A DNA stretch of 64,000 nucleotides from Escherichia coli (GCF_009931435.1 NZ_CP043414.1); one strand, 5' to 3'. Counted from the stretch's first letter, positions 1-10,968 are shown. Notes: a model not told the origin generated them from the sequence alone. Numbers and translations are program-made.

Positions 1-1250
1 TCGGTGGCCTGTTGTCAGCGATCGGCGTCGCCGGGATGAGTCGGATGCTGGGCGCGAATGTGATTGCCACCAGCGGGCGTGCAGTTGAAGCGGCGGGCGA
101 CGTGGACGTCCTGCTGCTGGATAAAACCGGTACCATCACCCTCGGTAACCGTCAGGCATCAGAGTTTATCCCTGCGCAGGGCGTAGAGGAAAAAACGCTG
201 GCCGACGCAGCACAACTGGCTTCGCTGGCCGACGAAACGCCGGAAGGCCGCAGTATTGTGATCCTCGCCAAGCAGCGTTTTAACCTGCGCGAGCGCGATG
301 TGCAGTCGCTTCACGCCACTTTTGTACCGTTTACTGCGCAAAGTCGAATGAGCGGGATCAATATCGACAACCGTATGATCCGTAAAGGTTCTGTCGATGC
401 CATTCGCCGCCATATTGAAGCTAACGGTGGTCACTTCCCTGCCGATGTCGATCAAAAAGTCGATCAGGTTGCGCGTCAGGGGGCCACGCCTCTGGTAGTG
501 GTGGAAGATTCCCGCGTGCTGGGCGTTATTGCGCTGAAAGATATCGTCAAAGGCGGCATTAAAGAGCGCTTCGCCCAGCTGCGCCAAATGGGCATAAAAA
601 CGGTGATGATTACTGGCGATAACCGTCTGACTGCCGCCGCCATTGCCGCGGAAGCGGGCGTCGATGATTTTCTCGCTGAAGCGACACCGGAGGCCAAGCT
701 GGCATTGATCCGTCAGTATCAGGCGGAAGGCCGTTTGGTGGCGATGACCGGCGACGGCACCAACGATGCTCCGGCGCTGGCGCAGGCAGATGTCGCGGTA
801 GCGATGAACTCCGGTACTCAGGCGGCGAAAGAAGCGGGCAATATGGTGGATCTCGACTCTAACCCGACCAAGTTGATCGAGGTGGTGCATATTGGCAAAC
901 AGATGCTGATGACCCGTGGCTCGCTGACCACCTTCAGCATTGCCAACGATGTGGCGAAATACTTCGCCATTATTCCGGCGGCGTTCGCGGCAACGTATCC
1001 GCAGTTAAATGCGCTGAACATCATGCGCCTGCATTCGCCCGACTCCGCCATTCTCAGTGCGGTCATTTTCAACGCCTTGATTATCGTCTTTTTGATTCCC
1101 CTGGCGTTAAAAGGCGTGAGTTATAAACCGCTTACCGCTTCTGCCATGTTGCGCCGTAACTTATGGATTTACGGTCTGGGTGGGCTGCTGGTGCCGTTTA
1201 TTGGTATCAAAGTCATTGATTTACTGCTGACCGTTTGCGGTCTGGTGTGA
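1..1250 (+). CDS. kdpB: K+-transporting P-type ATPase subunit KdpB, 3' portion (5' end is upstream of the window)
   Basis: Frame open from window edge (ORF track 12..1250); translation contains DKTGT, TGDN and [11 protein letters not shown]-type ATPase motifs; followed by kdpC-kdpD-kdpE. Confidence 0.95.
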   Translation, partial: GGLLSAIGVAGMSRMLGANVIATSGRAVEAAGDVDVLLLDKTGTITLGNRQASEFIPAQGVEEKTLADAAQLASLADETPEGRSIVILAKQRFNLRERDVQSLHATFVPFTAQSRMSGINIDNRMIRKGSVDAIRRHIEANGGHFPADVDQKVDQVARQGATPLVVVEDSRVLGVIALKDIVKGGIKERFAQLRQMGIKTVMITGDNRLTAAAIAAEAGVDDFLAEATPEAKLALIRQYQAEGRLVAMTGDGTNDAPALAQADVAVAMNSGTQAAKEAGNMVDLDSNPTKLIEVVHIGKQMLMTRGSLTTFSIANDVAKYFAIIPAAFAATYPQLNALNIMRLHSPDSAILSAVIFNALIIVFLIPLALKGVSYKPLTASAMLRRNLWIYGLGGLLVPFIGIKVIDLLLTVCGLV

Positions 1251-1258
1251 GGTTTACC

Positions 1259-1831
1259 ATGCGTGGATTACGTCCGGCATTATCAACATTTCTCTTTTTG
1301 TTACTGATTACTGGCGGTGTTTACCCGCTGCTGACCACCGCGCTGGGGCAATGGTGGTTTCCCTGGCAGGCCAATGGTTCGTTGATTCGCGAAGGTGATA
1401 CGGTGCGCGGCTCGGCATTAATCGGGCAGAATTTTACCGGCAACGGCTATTTTCATGGTCGCCCGTCGGCAACGACAGAAATGCCCTATAATCCACAGGC
1501 TTCTGGCGGGAGCAATCTGGCGGTCAGTAACCCTGAGCTGGATAAACAAATCGCTGCACGCGTTGCCGTATTACGGGCTGCTAACCCGGATGCCAGCACG
1601 AACGTTCCGGTTGAACTGGTGACGGCGTCGGCAAGCGGGCTGGACAATAATATTACCCCGCAAGCGGCGGTCTGGCAGATTCCTCGCGTGGCGAAAGCGC
1701 GTAATCTCAGCGTTGAACAGCTCACGCAGCTGATCGCAAAATACAGCCAACAACCGCTGGTGAAATATATCGGCCAGCCGGTCGTCAACATTGTCGAACT
1801 CAATCTGGCGCTGGATAAGCTTGATGAATAA
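1259..1831 (+). CDS. kdpC: K+-transporting ATPase subunit KdpC
   Basis: ORF track 1235..1831; start placed at internal ATG 1259 (MRGLRPALS...) giving ~190 aa with one N-terminal TM helix; synteny. Confidence 0.9.
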   Translation: MRGLRPALSTFLFLLLITGGVYPLLTTALGQWWFPWQANGSLIREGDTVRGSALIGQNFTGNGYFHGRPSATTEMPYNPQASGGSNLAVSNPELDKQIAARVAVLRAANPDASTNVPVELVTASASGLDNNITPQAAVWQIPRVAKARNLSVEQLTQLIAKYSQQPLVKYIGQPVVNIVELNLALDKLDE

Positions 1832-4508
1832 CGAACCCTTACGTCCCGACCCCGATCGTCTGCTGGAACAAACTGCCGCGCCGCATCGGGGGAAGCTGAA
1901 AGTTTTTTTCGGTGCCTGTGCAGGCGTCGGGAAGACCTGGGCGATGCTGGCAGAAGCCCAACGACTGCGGGCGCAAGGGCTGGATATTGTGGTTGGCGTG
2001 GTTGAAACTCACGGACGGAAAGATACCGCCGCAATGCTGGAAGGGCTGGCTGTTCTGCCGCTAAAACGCCAGGCGTACCGTGGGCGGCATATCAGCGAGT
2101 TTGATCTCGATGCCGCCCTCGCCCGCCGTCCGGCGCTGATCTTAATGGACGAACTGGCGCACAGTAATGCGCCAGGTTCTCGTCATCCTAAACGCTGGCA
2201 GGACATCGAAGAGCTGCTGGAAGCGGGCATTGATGTTTTCACGACCGTCAACGTTCAGCATCTGGAAAGCCTGAACGATGTGGTCAGCGGCGTCACCGGA
2301 ATTCAGGTGCGGGAAACCGTGCCCGATCCCTTTTTTGATGCTGCCGACGACGTAGTGCTGGTGGACTTGCCCCCGGACGATCTGCGTCAACGGCTGAAAG
2401 AAGGCAAAGTCTATATTGCCGGGCAGGCGGAGCGCGCCATTGAACATTTTTTCCGCAAAGGCAATCTGATCGCCCTGCGCGAACTGGCACTGCGCCGTAC
2501 TGCCGATCGCGTAGATGAGCAAATGCGCGCCTGGCGGGGGCATCCTGGCGAAGAGAAAGTCTGGCACACGCGCGACGCGATTCTTTTATGTATTGGGCAT
2601 AACACCGGCAGCGAAAAACTGGTCCGCGCGGCGGCGCGGTTGGCGTCACGGCTGGGGAGCGTCTGGCACGCGGTGTATGTTGAAACCCCTGCCCTGCACC
2701 GCTTACCGGAGAAAAAACGTCGGGCAATTCTCAGCGCCTTACGTCTGGCGCAGGAGCTGGGCGCGGAGACAGCAACACTTTCTGATCCGGCGGAAGAAAA
2801 AGCCGTAGTGCGTTATGCCCGTGAACATAATCTCGGCAAGATTATTCTCGGTCACCCGGCCTCGCGCCGCTGGTGGCGTCGGGAAACGTTTGCTGACCGA
2901 CTGGCGCGCATCGCCCCCGATCTCGATCAGGTGCTGGTCGCGCTTGATGAACCACCCGCCCGCCCGCTTAATAACGCGCCGGATAGCCGCTCTTTTAAAG
3001 ACAAGTGGCGGGTACAGATTCAGGGGTGCGTGGTTGCCGCCGCATTATGTGCCGTTATCACCTTAATTGCCATGCAGTGGCTGATGGCGTTTGATGCCGC
3101 CAACCTGGTGATGCTGTATCTGCTTGGCGTGGTGGTGGTGGCGCTATTTTATGGACGCTGGCCTTCGGTGCTTGCTACCGTCATTAATGTGGTGAGTTTC
3201 GATCTCTTTTTTATCGCCCCACGCGGCACGCTCGCCGTCTCTGATGTGCAGTATCTGCTGACTTTCGCGGTGATGTTAACCGTCGGGCTGGTGATCGGGA
3301 ATCTTACTGCTGGCGTACGTTATCAGGCGCGGGTAGCCCGTTACCGCGAGCAACGCACACGACACTTATATGAAATGTCGAAAGCTCTGGCTGTGGGACG
3401 CAGTCCGCAGGACATCGCCGCCACCAGCGAACAATTTTTTGCTTCCACGTTTCATGCCCGCAGCCAGGTGTTGTTGCCCGATGACAACGGTAAATTGCAG
3501 CCGTTGACACATCCGCAAGGAATGACGCCGTGGGACGATGCCATCGCGCAGTGGAGTTTTGATAAAGGCCTGCCTGCGGGCGCGGGCACCGACACGTTAC
3601 CCGGTGTGCCATACCAGATTTTGCCGTTAAAAAGCGGCGAGAAAACCTACGGGCTGGTGGTGGTGGAACCGGGGAATCTGCGCCAGTTGATGATCCCGGA
3701 ACAGCAACGCCTGCTGGAGACGTTTACGTTGTTAGTCGCCAATGCCCTGGAACGCCTGACGCTGACCGCCAGCGAAGAACAGGCGCGGATGGCAAGCGAA
3801 CGAGAACAGATCCGCAACGCCCTGCTGGCGGCGCTTTCGCATGATTTACGCACGCCGCTTACGGTGCTGTTCGGTCAGGCAGAAATCTTAACGCTCGATC
3901 TGGCAAGCGAAGGATCGCCTCACGCCCGCCAGGCCAGCGAGATTCGTCAGCATGTGCTGAACACGACCCGACTGGTGAATAATCTACTGGATATGGCGCG
4001 AATTCAGTCCGGCGGCTTTAATTTGAAGAAAGAGTGGTTAACGCTGGAAGAAGTGGTCGGCAGCGCGCTGAAAATGCTGGAACCGGGTTTATCCTCGCCC
4101 ATCAATCTTTCTCTGCCAGAACCGCTGACCTTAATCCACGTTGACGGGCCACTCTTTGAACGGGTGCTGATTAATCTGCTGGAGAACGCGGTGAAATACG
4201 CGGGTGCGCAGGCCGAAATTGGTATCGATGCCCACGTTGAGGGCGAAAATCTACAACTGGATGTCTGGGATAACGGCCCCGGTCTTCCGCCAGGTCAGGA
4301 GCAGACGATATTCGATAAGTTTGCTCGTGGAAATAAAGAGTCGGCAGTGCCGGGTGTAGGGCTTGGGCTGGCAATTTGTCGGGCAATTGTGGATGTACAC
4401 GGCGGCACCATTACCGCGTTCAACCGACCGGAAGGTGGTGCCTGTTTTCGTGTTACACTTCCCCAGCAAACTGCCCCTGAACTTGAAGAATTTCATGAGG
4501 ATATGTGA
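1824..4508 (+). CDS. kdpD: sensor histidine kinase KdpD
   Basis: ORF track 1791..4508; start placed at ATG 1824 (MNNEPLRPD...), 894 aa; Walker-like GACAGVGKT, four TM helices, HisKA (SHDLRTPL) and ATPase domain; 8-nt overlap with kdpC. Confidence 0.93.
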   Translation: MNNEPLRPDPDRLLEQTAAPHRGKLKVFFGACAGVGKTWAMLAEAQRLRAQGLDIVVGVVETHGRKDTAAMLEGLAVLPLKRQAYRGRHISEFDLDAALARRPALILMDELAHSNAPGSRHPKRWQDIEELLEAGIDVFTTVNVQHLESLNDVVSGVTGIQVRETVPDPFFDAADDVVLVDLPPDDLRQRLKEGKVYIAGQAERAIEHFFRKGNLIALRELALRRTADRVDEQMRAWRGHPGEEKVWHTRDAILLCIGHNTGSEKLVRAAARLASRLGSVWHAVYVETPALHRLPEKKRRAILSALRLAQELGAETATLSDPAEEKAVVRYAREHNLGKIILGHPASRRWWRRETFADRLARIAPDLDQVLVALDEPPARPLNNAPDSRSFKDKWRVQIQGCVVAAALCAVITLIAMQWLMAFDAANLVMLYLLGVVVVALFYGRWPSVLATVINVVSFDLFFIAPRGTLAVSDVQYLLTFAVMLTVGLVIGNLTAGVRYQARVARYREQRTRHLYEMSKALAVGRSPQDIAATSEQFFASTFHARSQVLLPDDNGKLQPLTHPQGMTPWDDAIAQWSFDKGLPAGAGTDTLPGVPYQILPLKSGEKTYGLVVVEPGNLRQLMIPEQQRLLETFTLLVANALERLTLTASEEQARMASEREQIRNALLAALSHDLRTPLTVLFGQAEILTLDLASEGSPHARQASEIRQHVLNTTRLVNNLLDMARIQSGGFNLKKEWLTLEEVVGSALKMLEPGLSSPINLSLPEPLTLIHVDGPLFERVLINLLENAVKYAGAQAEIGIDAHVEGENLQLDVWDNGPGLPPGQEQTIFDKFARGNKESAVPGVGLGLAICRAIVDVHGGTITAFNRPEGGACFRVTLPQQTAPELEEFHEDM

Positions 4509-5182
4509 CAAACGTTCTGATTGTTGAAGATGAACAGGCTATTCGTCGCTTTCTGCGCACGGCGCTGGAGGGTGACGGTATGCGCGTTTTTGAAGCCGAA
4601 ACGCTGCAACGGGGGCTGCTGGAAGCGGCGACTCGTAAGCCAGATTTGATTATTCTCGATCTCGGCCTGCCAGACGGTGATGGGATTGAGTTTATCCGCG
4701 ACCTGCGCCAGTGGAGCGCGGTGCCAGTAATTGTGCTTTCCGCCCGCAGCGAAGAGAGCGACAAAATCGCCGCGCTGGATGCCGGAGCGGATGATTACCT
4801 GAGTAAGCCATTTGGCATTGGTGAATTGCAGGCCCGTCTGCGCGTCGCATTACGCCGCCACTCCGCCACCACCGCGCCCGAGCCGCTGGTGAAATTTTCC
4901 GATGTTACCGTCGATTTAGCTGCCCGCGTGATTCACCGCAGTGAGGAAGAGGTGCATCTCACCCCGATTGAATTCCGCCTGCTGGCGGTGCTACTCAACA
5001 ATGCCGGAAAAGTGCTCACCCAGCGCCAGCTTCTCAACCAGGTGTGGGGACCAAACGCGGTCGAACACAGCCACTATTTGCGTATTTATATGGGGCATCT
5101 GCGACAAAAACTGGAGCAAGATCCCGCCCGCCCTCGCCATTTTATTACTGAAACCGGTATTGGGTATCGGTTTATGCCATGA
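4505..5182 (+). CDS. kdpE: response regulator KdpE
   Basis: ORF track 4505..5182, 225 aa; GTG start overlapping kdpD stop (GTGA); receiver domain plus OmpR-type winged helix. Confidence 0.93.
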   Translation: MTNVLIVEDEQAIRRFLRTALEGDGMRVFEAETLQRGLLEAATRKPDLIILDLGLPDGDGIEFIRDLRQWSAVPVIVLSARSEESDKIAALDAGADDYLSKPFGIGELQARLRVALRRHSATTAPEPLVKFSDVTVDLAARVIHRSEEEVHLTPIEFRLLAVLLNNAGKVLTQRQLLNQVWGPNAVEHSHYLRIYMGHLRQKLEQDPARPRHFITETGIGYRFMP

Positions 5183-5227
5183 ATTATTATTCAATAAATA
5201 CGCTTAACTAATTATTAATTTATTATT

Positions 5228-5270
5228 AAACCTGCCCCGAAAATTATTATTTGGCAGGTTTAATTTCTTA
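5228..5270 (+). terminator. hairpin with large loop followed by T-rich tract downstream of kdpE
   Basis: aaacctgcc ... ggcaggttt inverted repeat then aatttctt; AT-rich context. Confidence 0.4.
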
Positions 5271-5456
5271 ATGAAAATATAACCTACGAAATTGCAACAT
5301 TTAAACAACAAAACAGCATCTAATATGGCGCTATTCATAATTAACGATTTATTATTTGGGGTGTGATCGTTTTTTGTTGATCTTCTTCACAGTTTATAGC
5401 CTTTTCATGGATAGAATAACTCTACCTTCAACTGACACAGCAAAAGGTAAAGGTAA

Positions 5457-5561
5457 ATGGAAAATAATAACCGCTTAATGCCTCATATAAGGCGGACAAC
5501 CCATATCATGAAGTTTGCCCATCGTAATAGTTTTGACTTTCATTTCTTTAATGCCCGTTAG
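5457..5561 (+). CDS. speFL: speF leader peptide SpeFL (34 aa, ornithine-sensing arrest peptide)
   Basis: Not in ORF track (below size cutoff). ATG 5457 to TAG 5559-5561 translates MENNNRLMPHIRRTTHIMKFAHRNSFDFHFFNAR; sits ~310 nt upstream of speF. Confidence 0.85.
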   Translation: MENNNRLMPHIRRTTHIMKFAHRNSFDFHFFNAR

Positions 5562-5871
5562 TCTTCTGACTAAAGGGCACCCCAGCGTACAGGTCTCCCT
5601 GACTTTAAGCATTACAGGTTAATACCTGTATCCCTCGGTGCTCATATACTGCTAACCCTTTTAAACTCTAAATAATTCAAGTCGCAGCACTAGCAACTTG
5701 AAGTATGACGAGTATAGCCAGTTACCGGGCTGGTCTGGGTTATTGCATCTGCAAAAAGCAAACTACTGATTTATTTATCAGCGGTGGAGTTTTGCTTTTT
5801 TTCCGGCGTGATCGATTTCTCCTTTGAGAAATTGAGGACCTGCTATTACCTGAAATAAAGAGATGAACAAA

Positions 5872-8070
5872 ATGTCAGAATTAAAAATTGCCGTTAGTCG
5901 TTCTTGCCCGGATTGTTTTTCCACTCATCGTGCATGCGTGAATATTGACGAAAGTAATTATATTGACGTTGCCGCCATTATTTTATCAGTCAATGATGTT
6001 GAACGTGGAAAACTCGATGAAATAGACGCTACTGGCTATGGCATTCCTGTTTTTATTGCAACGGAAAATGAAGAACGTGTACCAGCAGAATATCTGCCAC
6101 GTATTACTGGTGTCTTCGAGCATTGCGAATCACGGAAAGAATTTTACGGACGTCAGTTAGAAACCGCCGCCAGCCATTATGAAACGCAGCTGCGCCCGCC
6201 CTTCTTCCGCGCACTGGTCGATTATGTCAATCAGGGCAATAGCGCTTTTGACTGCCCGGGTCATCAGGGGGGTGAGTTTTTCCGTCGCCATCCGGCAGGC
6301 AATCAGTTCGTGGAATATTTTGGCGAAATGCTCTTCCGCTCCGACTTGTGTAATGCCGACGTAGCAATGGGCGATCTACTGATTCATGAAGGTGCGCCAT
6401 GCATTGCACAGCAACATGCGGCTAAAGTGTTTAATGCCGATAAAACGTACTTTGTTTTAAACGGCACCTCCTCTTCCAACAAAGTGGTTTTAAACGCCCT
6501 GCTAACACCGGGTGATCTGGTGCTGTTTGACCGCAATAACCATAAGTCTAACCACCACGGGGCCTTGCTACAGGCTGGTGCAACACCGGTTTATCTGGAA
6601 ACAGCACGTAACCCGTATGGTTTTATCGGTGGTATTGATGCGCACTGCTTCGAAGAAAGTTATCTGCGTGAACTGATTAGAGAAGTTGCACCGCAACGGG
6701 CAAAAGAGGCGCGTCCGTTCCGCCTCGCTGTGATTCAGTTAGGCACCTACGACGGTACTATTTATAACGCCCGCCAGGTGGTGGATAAAATCGGTCATCT
6801 GTGTGACTACATCCTGTTTGACTCAGCATGGGTCGGCTATGAACAGTTTATTCCGATGATGGCGGACTGTTCGCCGCTGCTACTGGAGCTTAATGAGAAC
6901 GATCCGGGTATTCTGGTTACGCAATCTGTACATAAGCAGCAGGCTGGTTTTTCTCAGACTTCACAAATTCATAAAAAAGACAGCCATATCAAAGGGCAAC
7001 AGCGTTATGTACCGCACAAACGCATGAACAACGCCTTTATGATGCACGCCTCCACCAGCCCGTTCTATCCGCTGTTTGCCGCACTGGATATTAACGCCAA
7101 AATGCATGAAGGTGTCAGCGGTCGTAATATGTGGATGGATTGTGTGGTTAACGGTATTAATGCCCGCAAATTGATCCTCGATAACTGCCAGCACATTCGT
7201 CCGTTCGTTCCTGAACTGGTGGATGGTAAACCCTGGCAATCGTATGAAACAGCGCAAATTGCGGTTGATCTGCGCTTCTTTAAATTTGTACCCGGTGAGC
7301 ACTGGCATTCTTTTGAAGGTTACGCAGAGAATCAATACTTTGTCGATCCGTGCAAACTGTTGCTGACAACCCCAGGTATTGATGCACGTAACGGCGAATA
7401 CGAAGCGTTCGGTGTACCCGCGACGATTCTTGCTAACTTCCTGCGCGAAAATGGCGTAGTGCCGGAAAAATGCGATCTTAACTCCATCCTCTTCCTGCTG
7501 ACTCCGGCAGAAGATATGGCCAAACTGCAGCAACTTGTTGCCCTGCTGGTACGCTTCGAAAAACTACTGGAAGCTGATGCGCCTCTGGCGGAAGTATTGC
7601 CTTCCATCTACAAACAGCATGAAGAGCGCTACGCCGGTTATACCCTGCGTCAGTTGTGCCAGGAAATGCATGATTTGTATGCCCGTCACAACGTGAAACA
7701 ACTGCAAAAAGAGATGTTCCGTAAGGAACACTTCCCACGCGTCAGCATGAATCCACAGGAAGCCAACTATGCCTACTTACGCGGTGAAGTGGAATTGGTT
7801 CGTCTGCCGGATGCAGAAGGCCGTATCGCAGCCGAAGGTGCGCTTCCTTATCCTCCGGGTGTGCTGTGTGTTGTTCCGGGTGAAATCTGGGGTGGTGCTG
7901 TTCTGCGTTACTTCAGCGCTCTGGAAGAAGGGATCAACCTGCTGCCAGGTTTTGCACCGGAGCTGCAGGGTGTCTATATCGAAGAACATGATGGTCGTAA
8001 GCAAGTTTGGTGCTATGTCATCAAGCCTCGTGATGCGCAAAGCACCCTGTTGAAAGGGGAAAAATTATGA
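5872..8070 (+). CDS. speF: inducible ornithine decarboxylase
   Basis: ORF track 5863..8070; start placed at ATG 5872 (MSELKIAV...) with aaagag 9 nt upstream, 732 aa; PLP-dependent Orn/Lys/Arg decarboxylase fold-type I. Confidence 0.93.
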   Translation: MSELKIAVSRSCPDCFSTHRACVNIDESNYIDVAAIILSVNDVERGKLDEIDATGYGIPVFIATENEERVPAEYLPRITGVFEHCESRKEFYGRQLETAASHYETQLRPPFFRALVDYVNQGNSAFDCPGHQGGEFFRRHPAGNQFVEYFGEMLFRSDLCNADVAMGDLLIHEGAPCIAQQHAAKVFNADKTYFVLNGTSSSNKVVLNALLTPGDLVLFDRNNHKSNHHGALLQAGATPVYLETARNPYGFIGGIDAHCFEESYLRELIREVAPQRAKEARPFRLAVIQLGTYDGTIYNARQVVDKIGHLCDYILFDSAWVGYEQFIPMMADCSPLLLELNENDPGILVTQSVHKQQAGFSQTSQIHKKDSHIKGQQRYVPHKRMNNAFMMHASTSPFYPLFAALDINAKMHEGVSGRNMWMDCVVNGINARKLILDNCQHIRPFVPELVDGKPWQSYETAQIAVDLRFFKFVPGEHWHSFEGYAENQYFVDPCKLLLTTPGIDARNGEYEAFGVPATILANFLRENGVVPEKCDLNSILFLLTPAEDMAKLQQLVALLVRFEKLLEADAPLAEVLPSIYKQHEERYAGYTLRQLCQEMHDLYARHNVKQLQKEMFRKEHFPRVSMNPQEANYAYLRGEVELVRLPDAEGRIAAEGALPYPPGVLCVVPGEIWGGAVLRYFSALEEGINLLPGFAPELQGVYIEEHDGRKQVWCYVIKPRDAQSTLLKGEKL

Positions 8071-9386
8071 GTCAGGCTAAATCGAACAAAATGGGCGTCG
8101 TTCAGTTAACCATACTGACGATGGTCAACATGATGGGCTCCGGCATCATCATGCTGCCGACAAAGCTTGCCGAAGTTGGGACAATCTCAATAATCTCCTG
8201 GTTGGTGACAGCCGTAGGCTCAATGGCGCTGGCATGGGCATTCGCAAAATGCGGTATGTTCAGCCGTAAATCAGGCGGTATGGGCGGTTATGCCGAGTAT
8301 GCTTTCGGTAAATCCGGTAACTTTATGGCGAACTATACCTACGGCGTCTCGCTGCTGATTGCTAACGTGGCGATTGCTATTTCGGCAGTTGGTTACGGCA
8401 CCGAACTGCTCGGCGCGAGTTTGTCACCAGTGCAGATTGGTCTGGCAACCATCGGAGTGCTGTGGATTTGTACCGTGGCTAACTTTGGTGGTGCGCGCAT
8501 TACCGGGCAAATCAGTAGCATTACCGTGTGGGGGGTCATTATTCCGGTGGTAGGCCTGTGCGTTATCGGCTGGTTCTGGTTTAGCCCGACACTTTACGTT
8601 GATTCCTGGAATCCGCATCATGCACCGTTCTTCAGTGCGGTAGGTTCTTCCATCGCCATGACGCTGTGGGCTTTTCTTGGTCTGGAGTCTGCGTGTGCGA
8701 ATACTGATGTAGTGGAAAACCCGGAACGTAATGTGCCAATCGCGGTACTCGGCGGTACGTTAGGTGCGGCGGTGATTTATATCGTCTCCACCAACGTGAT
8801 TGCCGGGATTGTGCCCAATATGGAGCTGGCAAATTCAACGGCACCATTTGGTCTGGCCTTCGCGCAAATGTTCACACCGGAAGTGGGTAAAGTCATTATG
8901 GCGCTGATGGTGATGTCCTGCTGCGGTTCACTGCTTGGCTGGCAGTTCACCATTGCCCAGGTGTTTAAATCTTCATCTGATGAAGGCTACTTCCCTAAAA
9001 TTTTCTCCCGTGTAACCAAAGTGGATGCACCGGTTCAGGGGATGTTGACCATTGTGATTATTCAGAGTGGATTGGCACTGATGACCATTAGCCCGTCACT
9101 GAACAGCCAGTTCAACGTGCTGGTTAACCTGGCCGTGGTGACCAATATCATTCCGTATATCCTGTCGATGGCGGCATTAGTCATTATTCAGAAGGTCGCC
9201 AATGTGCCACCATCAAAAGCGAAAGTAGCAAACTTTGTTGCCTTTGTTGGTGCGATGTACAGTTTCTATGCGCTGTACTCATCCGGGGAAGAAGCCATGC
9301 TGTACGGTTCCATCGTGACTTTCCTTGGTTGGACACTGTATGGTCTGGTATCACCACGCTTTGAACTGAAAAACAAACACGGTTAA
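8067..9386 (+). CDS. potE: putrescine-ornithine antiporter
   Basis: ORF track 8067..9386, 439 aa, 12 predicted TM segments, APC-family transporter; ATGA overlap with speF stop. Confidence 0.95.
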   Translation: MSQAKSNKMGVVQLTILTMVNMMGSGIIMLPTKLAEVGTISIISWLVTAVGSMALAWAFAKCGMFSRKSGGMGGYAEYAFGKSGNFMANYTYGVSLLIANVAIAISAVGYGTELLGASLSPVQIGLATIGVLWICTVANFGGARITGQISSITVWGVIIPVVGLCVIGWFWFSPTLYVDSWNPHHAPFFSAVGSSIAMTLWAFLGLESACANTDVVENPERNVPIAVLGGTLGAAVIYIVSTNVIAGIVPNMELANSTAPFGLAFAQMFTPEVGKVIMALMVMSCCGSLLGWQFTIAQVFKSSSDEGYFPKIFSRVTKVDAPVQGMLTIVIIQSGLALMTISPSLNSQFNVLVNLAVVTNIIPYILSMAALVIIQKVANVPPSKAKVANFVAFVGAMYSFYALYSSGEEAMLYGSIVTFLGWTLYGLVSPRFELKNKHG

Positions 9387-9404
9387 AAAAAGCGAAATAA
9401 AAAA

Positions 9405-9436
9405 GGGCGATTGAATGATCGCCCTTTCTGTTTGTT
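9405..9436 (+). terminator. rho-independent terminator after potE
   Basis: gggcgat / atcgccc stem with 6-nt loop followed by tttctgtttgtt. Confidence 0.7.
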
Positions 9437-9467
9437 GACAAAGAGTTCGTTATTTATGCCGCATCCG

Positions 9468-9610
9468 GCAGGTGTAGGGTCCAAACGCGGTCGAACACAG
9501 CAACTATTTGCGTAATTATATGAGGCATTTGCGACAAAAACTGGAACAGGATCTCGTCCGCCCCGCCATTTCATTACTGAAACCGGTATTGGGTATCGGT
9601 TTATGCTTTG
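9468..9610 (+). repeat. degenerate direct copy (~90% identity) of the last ~143 bp of kdpE (5038..5182), non-coding (premature TAG)
   Basis: By-eye alignment: caggtgtagggtccaaacgcggtcgaacacag...gaaaccggtattgggtatcggtttatgctttga versus kdpE 3' end caggtgtggggaccaaacgcggtcgaacacag...gaaaccggtattgggtatcggtttatgccatga; one 1-nt indel. Confidence 0.85.
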
Positions 9611-9734
9611 AAAAAAGTGGCAATGTATGGATAAAGTCATTTTTTATTCAAATATAAGGAACTTAATATTTAAAAAATGTCCCATACAATGCCTCATCAT
9701 AAATGACACCGTAGCACACAAGGAGCAAGTAGCG

Positions 9735-10385
9735 ATGCGTGAAGTGAGTCAGTTAGTAAATACTGAAGATTCAGCCTGGACAATAATCCAGAATTGGTTA
9801 AAAGAAGCCACAAACCATGCCGAACTCTTACCGGTTAATAAAGATTTAGCCGAAACCGCACTTTATCAATTACAGGTTACAACAAAATCACCGATGGGTG
9901 CGCTTGTCTATGGCTCCGGAGGTCTGCTGATTGATAACGGTTGGTTACGCATAGCAGGCTCTGGTCACCCCCGGTTACCACGAGATCCAGCAAGTTGGAC
10001 ACAACGCCCTGAATTCGCAAGCGTGCGGGCTTTACCCATCGCCGATGATGTCGCAGGGGGAATTTTTGCTCTTAATGGTGGCGATCTTGGGGAAGATACT
10101 GGCTGCGTTTATTATTTTGCGCCAGATACGCTGAGTTGGGAAAGTCTGGAGGTTGGATATTCTGAGTTTCTTCAGTGGGCATTATCCGGTGATTTAGATA
10201 CCTTCTATGAAAATGTACGCTGGCCGCAATGGCAAGAAGACGTAATAAAATTATCGGCAACGGAAGCCTTCACTTTCTACCCTTTCTTATGGGTACAAAG
10301 TGAAGAAGCAAGAACAAGAAAAGTTATTTCGCTTACTGAACTCTGGGAAATGCAGTATCAAATGAAAGAAACAATCACGCAATAA
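9735..10385 (+). CDS. DUF2625-family protein (YbfG-like), apparently intact
   Basis: ORF track 9627..10385; start placed at ATG 9735 (MREVSQL...) with aaggag 10 nt upstream, 216 aa; position corresponds to ybfG/ybfH locus. Confidence 0.7.
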   Translation: MREVSQLVNTEDSAWTIIQNWLKEATNHAELLPVNKDLAETALYQLQVTTKSPMGALVYGSGGLLIDNGWLRIAGSGHPRLPRDPASWTQRPEFASVRALPIADDVAGGIFALNGGDLGEDTGCVYYFAPDTLSWESLEVGYSEFLQWALSGDLDTFYENVRWPQWQEDVIKLSATEAFTFYPFLWVQSEEARTRKVISLTELWEMQYQMKETITQ

Positions 10386-10396
10386 GACATGTTCAG

Positions 10397-10428
10397 GTCC
10401 GGGTTTCATTCCCGGACTCGCTATTTTA
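10397..10428. terminator. hairpin between convergent genes (DUF2625 gene and ybfP)
   Basis: gtccggg tttcatt cccggac followed by tcgctatttt. Confidence 0.55.
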
Positions 10429-10920
10429 ATGTGTGTTTATCGCTTTCAATTCTTGCTGGCAATTTTCTGACTGACAGCGTCGCAACTCAATAATCCCGAC
10501 ATGCATCATCGAGCCAAAAAATCCGCTTTCGCTGACATAATCCTCATTAACTATCGGTCGAGTGCCGGGCTTACCCTGGCAAATCCCCATAAAAAATGAG
10601 GTGTAGCATTGCCATTCAGGATTTAAACCGGTCTTTTCTTGTGCTGACATATCATGAAGATAAGTAAGTTCTTTTTCGTTCCCGCCTGACAACTGCCAGC
10701 GGCGGGTATTATCAGGTAAGTTATCGCCACGGCAATTTGTCTTACACCGGGAAGGCGCAATATTTACCGCAATGCTACCCGTTAATCCTCTGGTTTTATC
10801 TTTAGGGGTCAGTAACCAGTCACCAGCTAATGATGATTGTTCAGGTTGGGCGCATGCTGTCAGCAGTAGTGTGGCGGTAATTAATGCCACTCTGACGACC
10901 AGACTCCTTTTGGTCTTCAT
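10426..10920 (-). CDS. ybfP: lipoprotein YbfP
   Basis: ORF track 10426..10971; start placed at ATG 10920 (MKTKRSLVVRVALITATLLLTAC), lipobox LTAC, 164 aa. Confidence 0.85.
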   Translation of the reverse strand: MKTKRSLVVRVALITATLLLTACAQPEQSSLAGDWLLTPKDKTRGLTGSIAVNIAPSRCKTNCRGDNLPDNTRRWQLSGGNEKELTYLHDMSAQEKTGLNPEWQCYTSFFMGICQGKPGTRPIVNEDYVSESGFFGSMMHVGIIELRRCQSENCQQELKAINTH

Positions 10921-10968
10921 TCGGAATTCCCTTGAGCTATTCAGTTTGTTGGCAAAGTACTCGTTGTT

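Noticed and set aside
9383-9640. 85-aa minus-strand ORF spanning the potE terminator and the kdpE-like repeat
   Set aside because: It runs through a terminator hairpin and the degenerate kdpE fragment and has no convincing RBS; more likely non-coding, though a small annotated protein here cannot be excluded without a database search.
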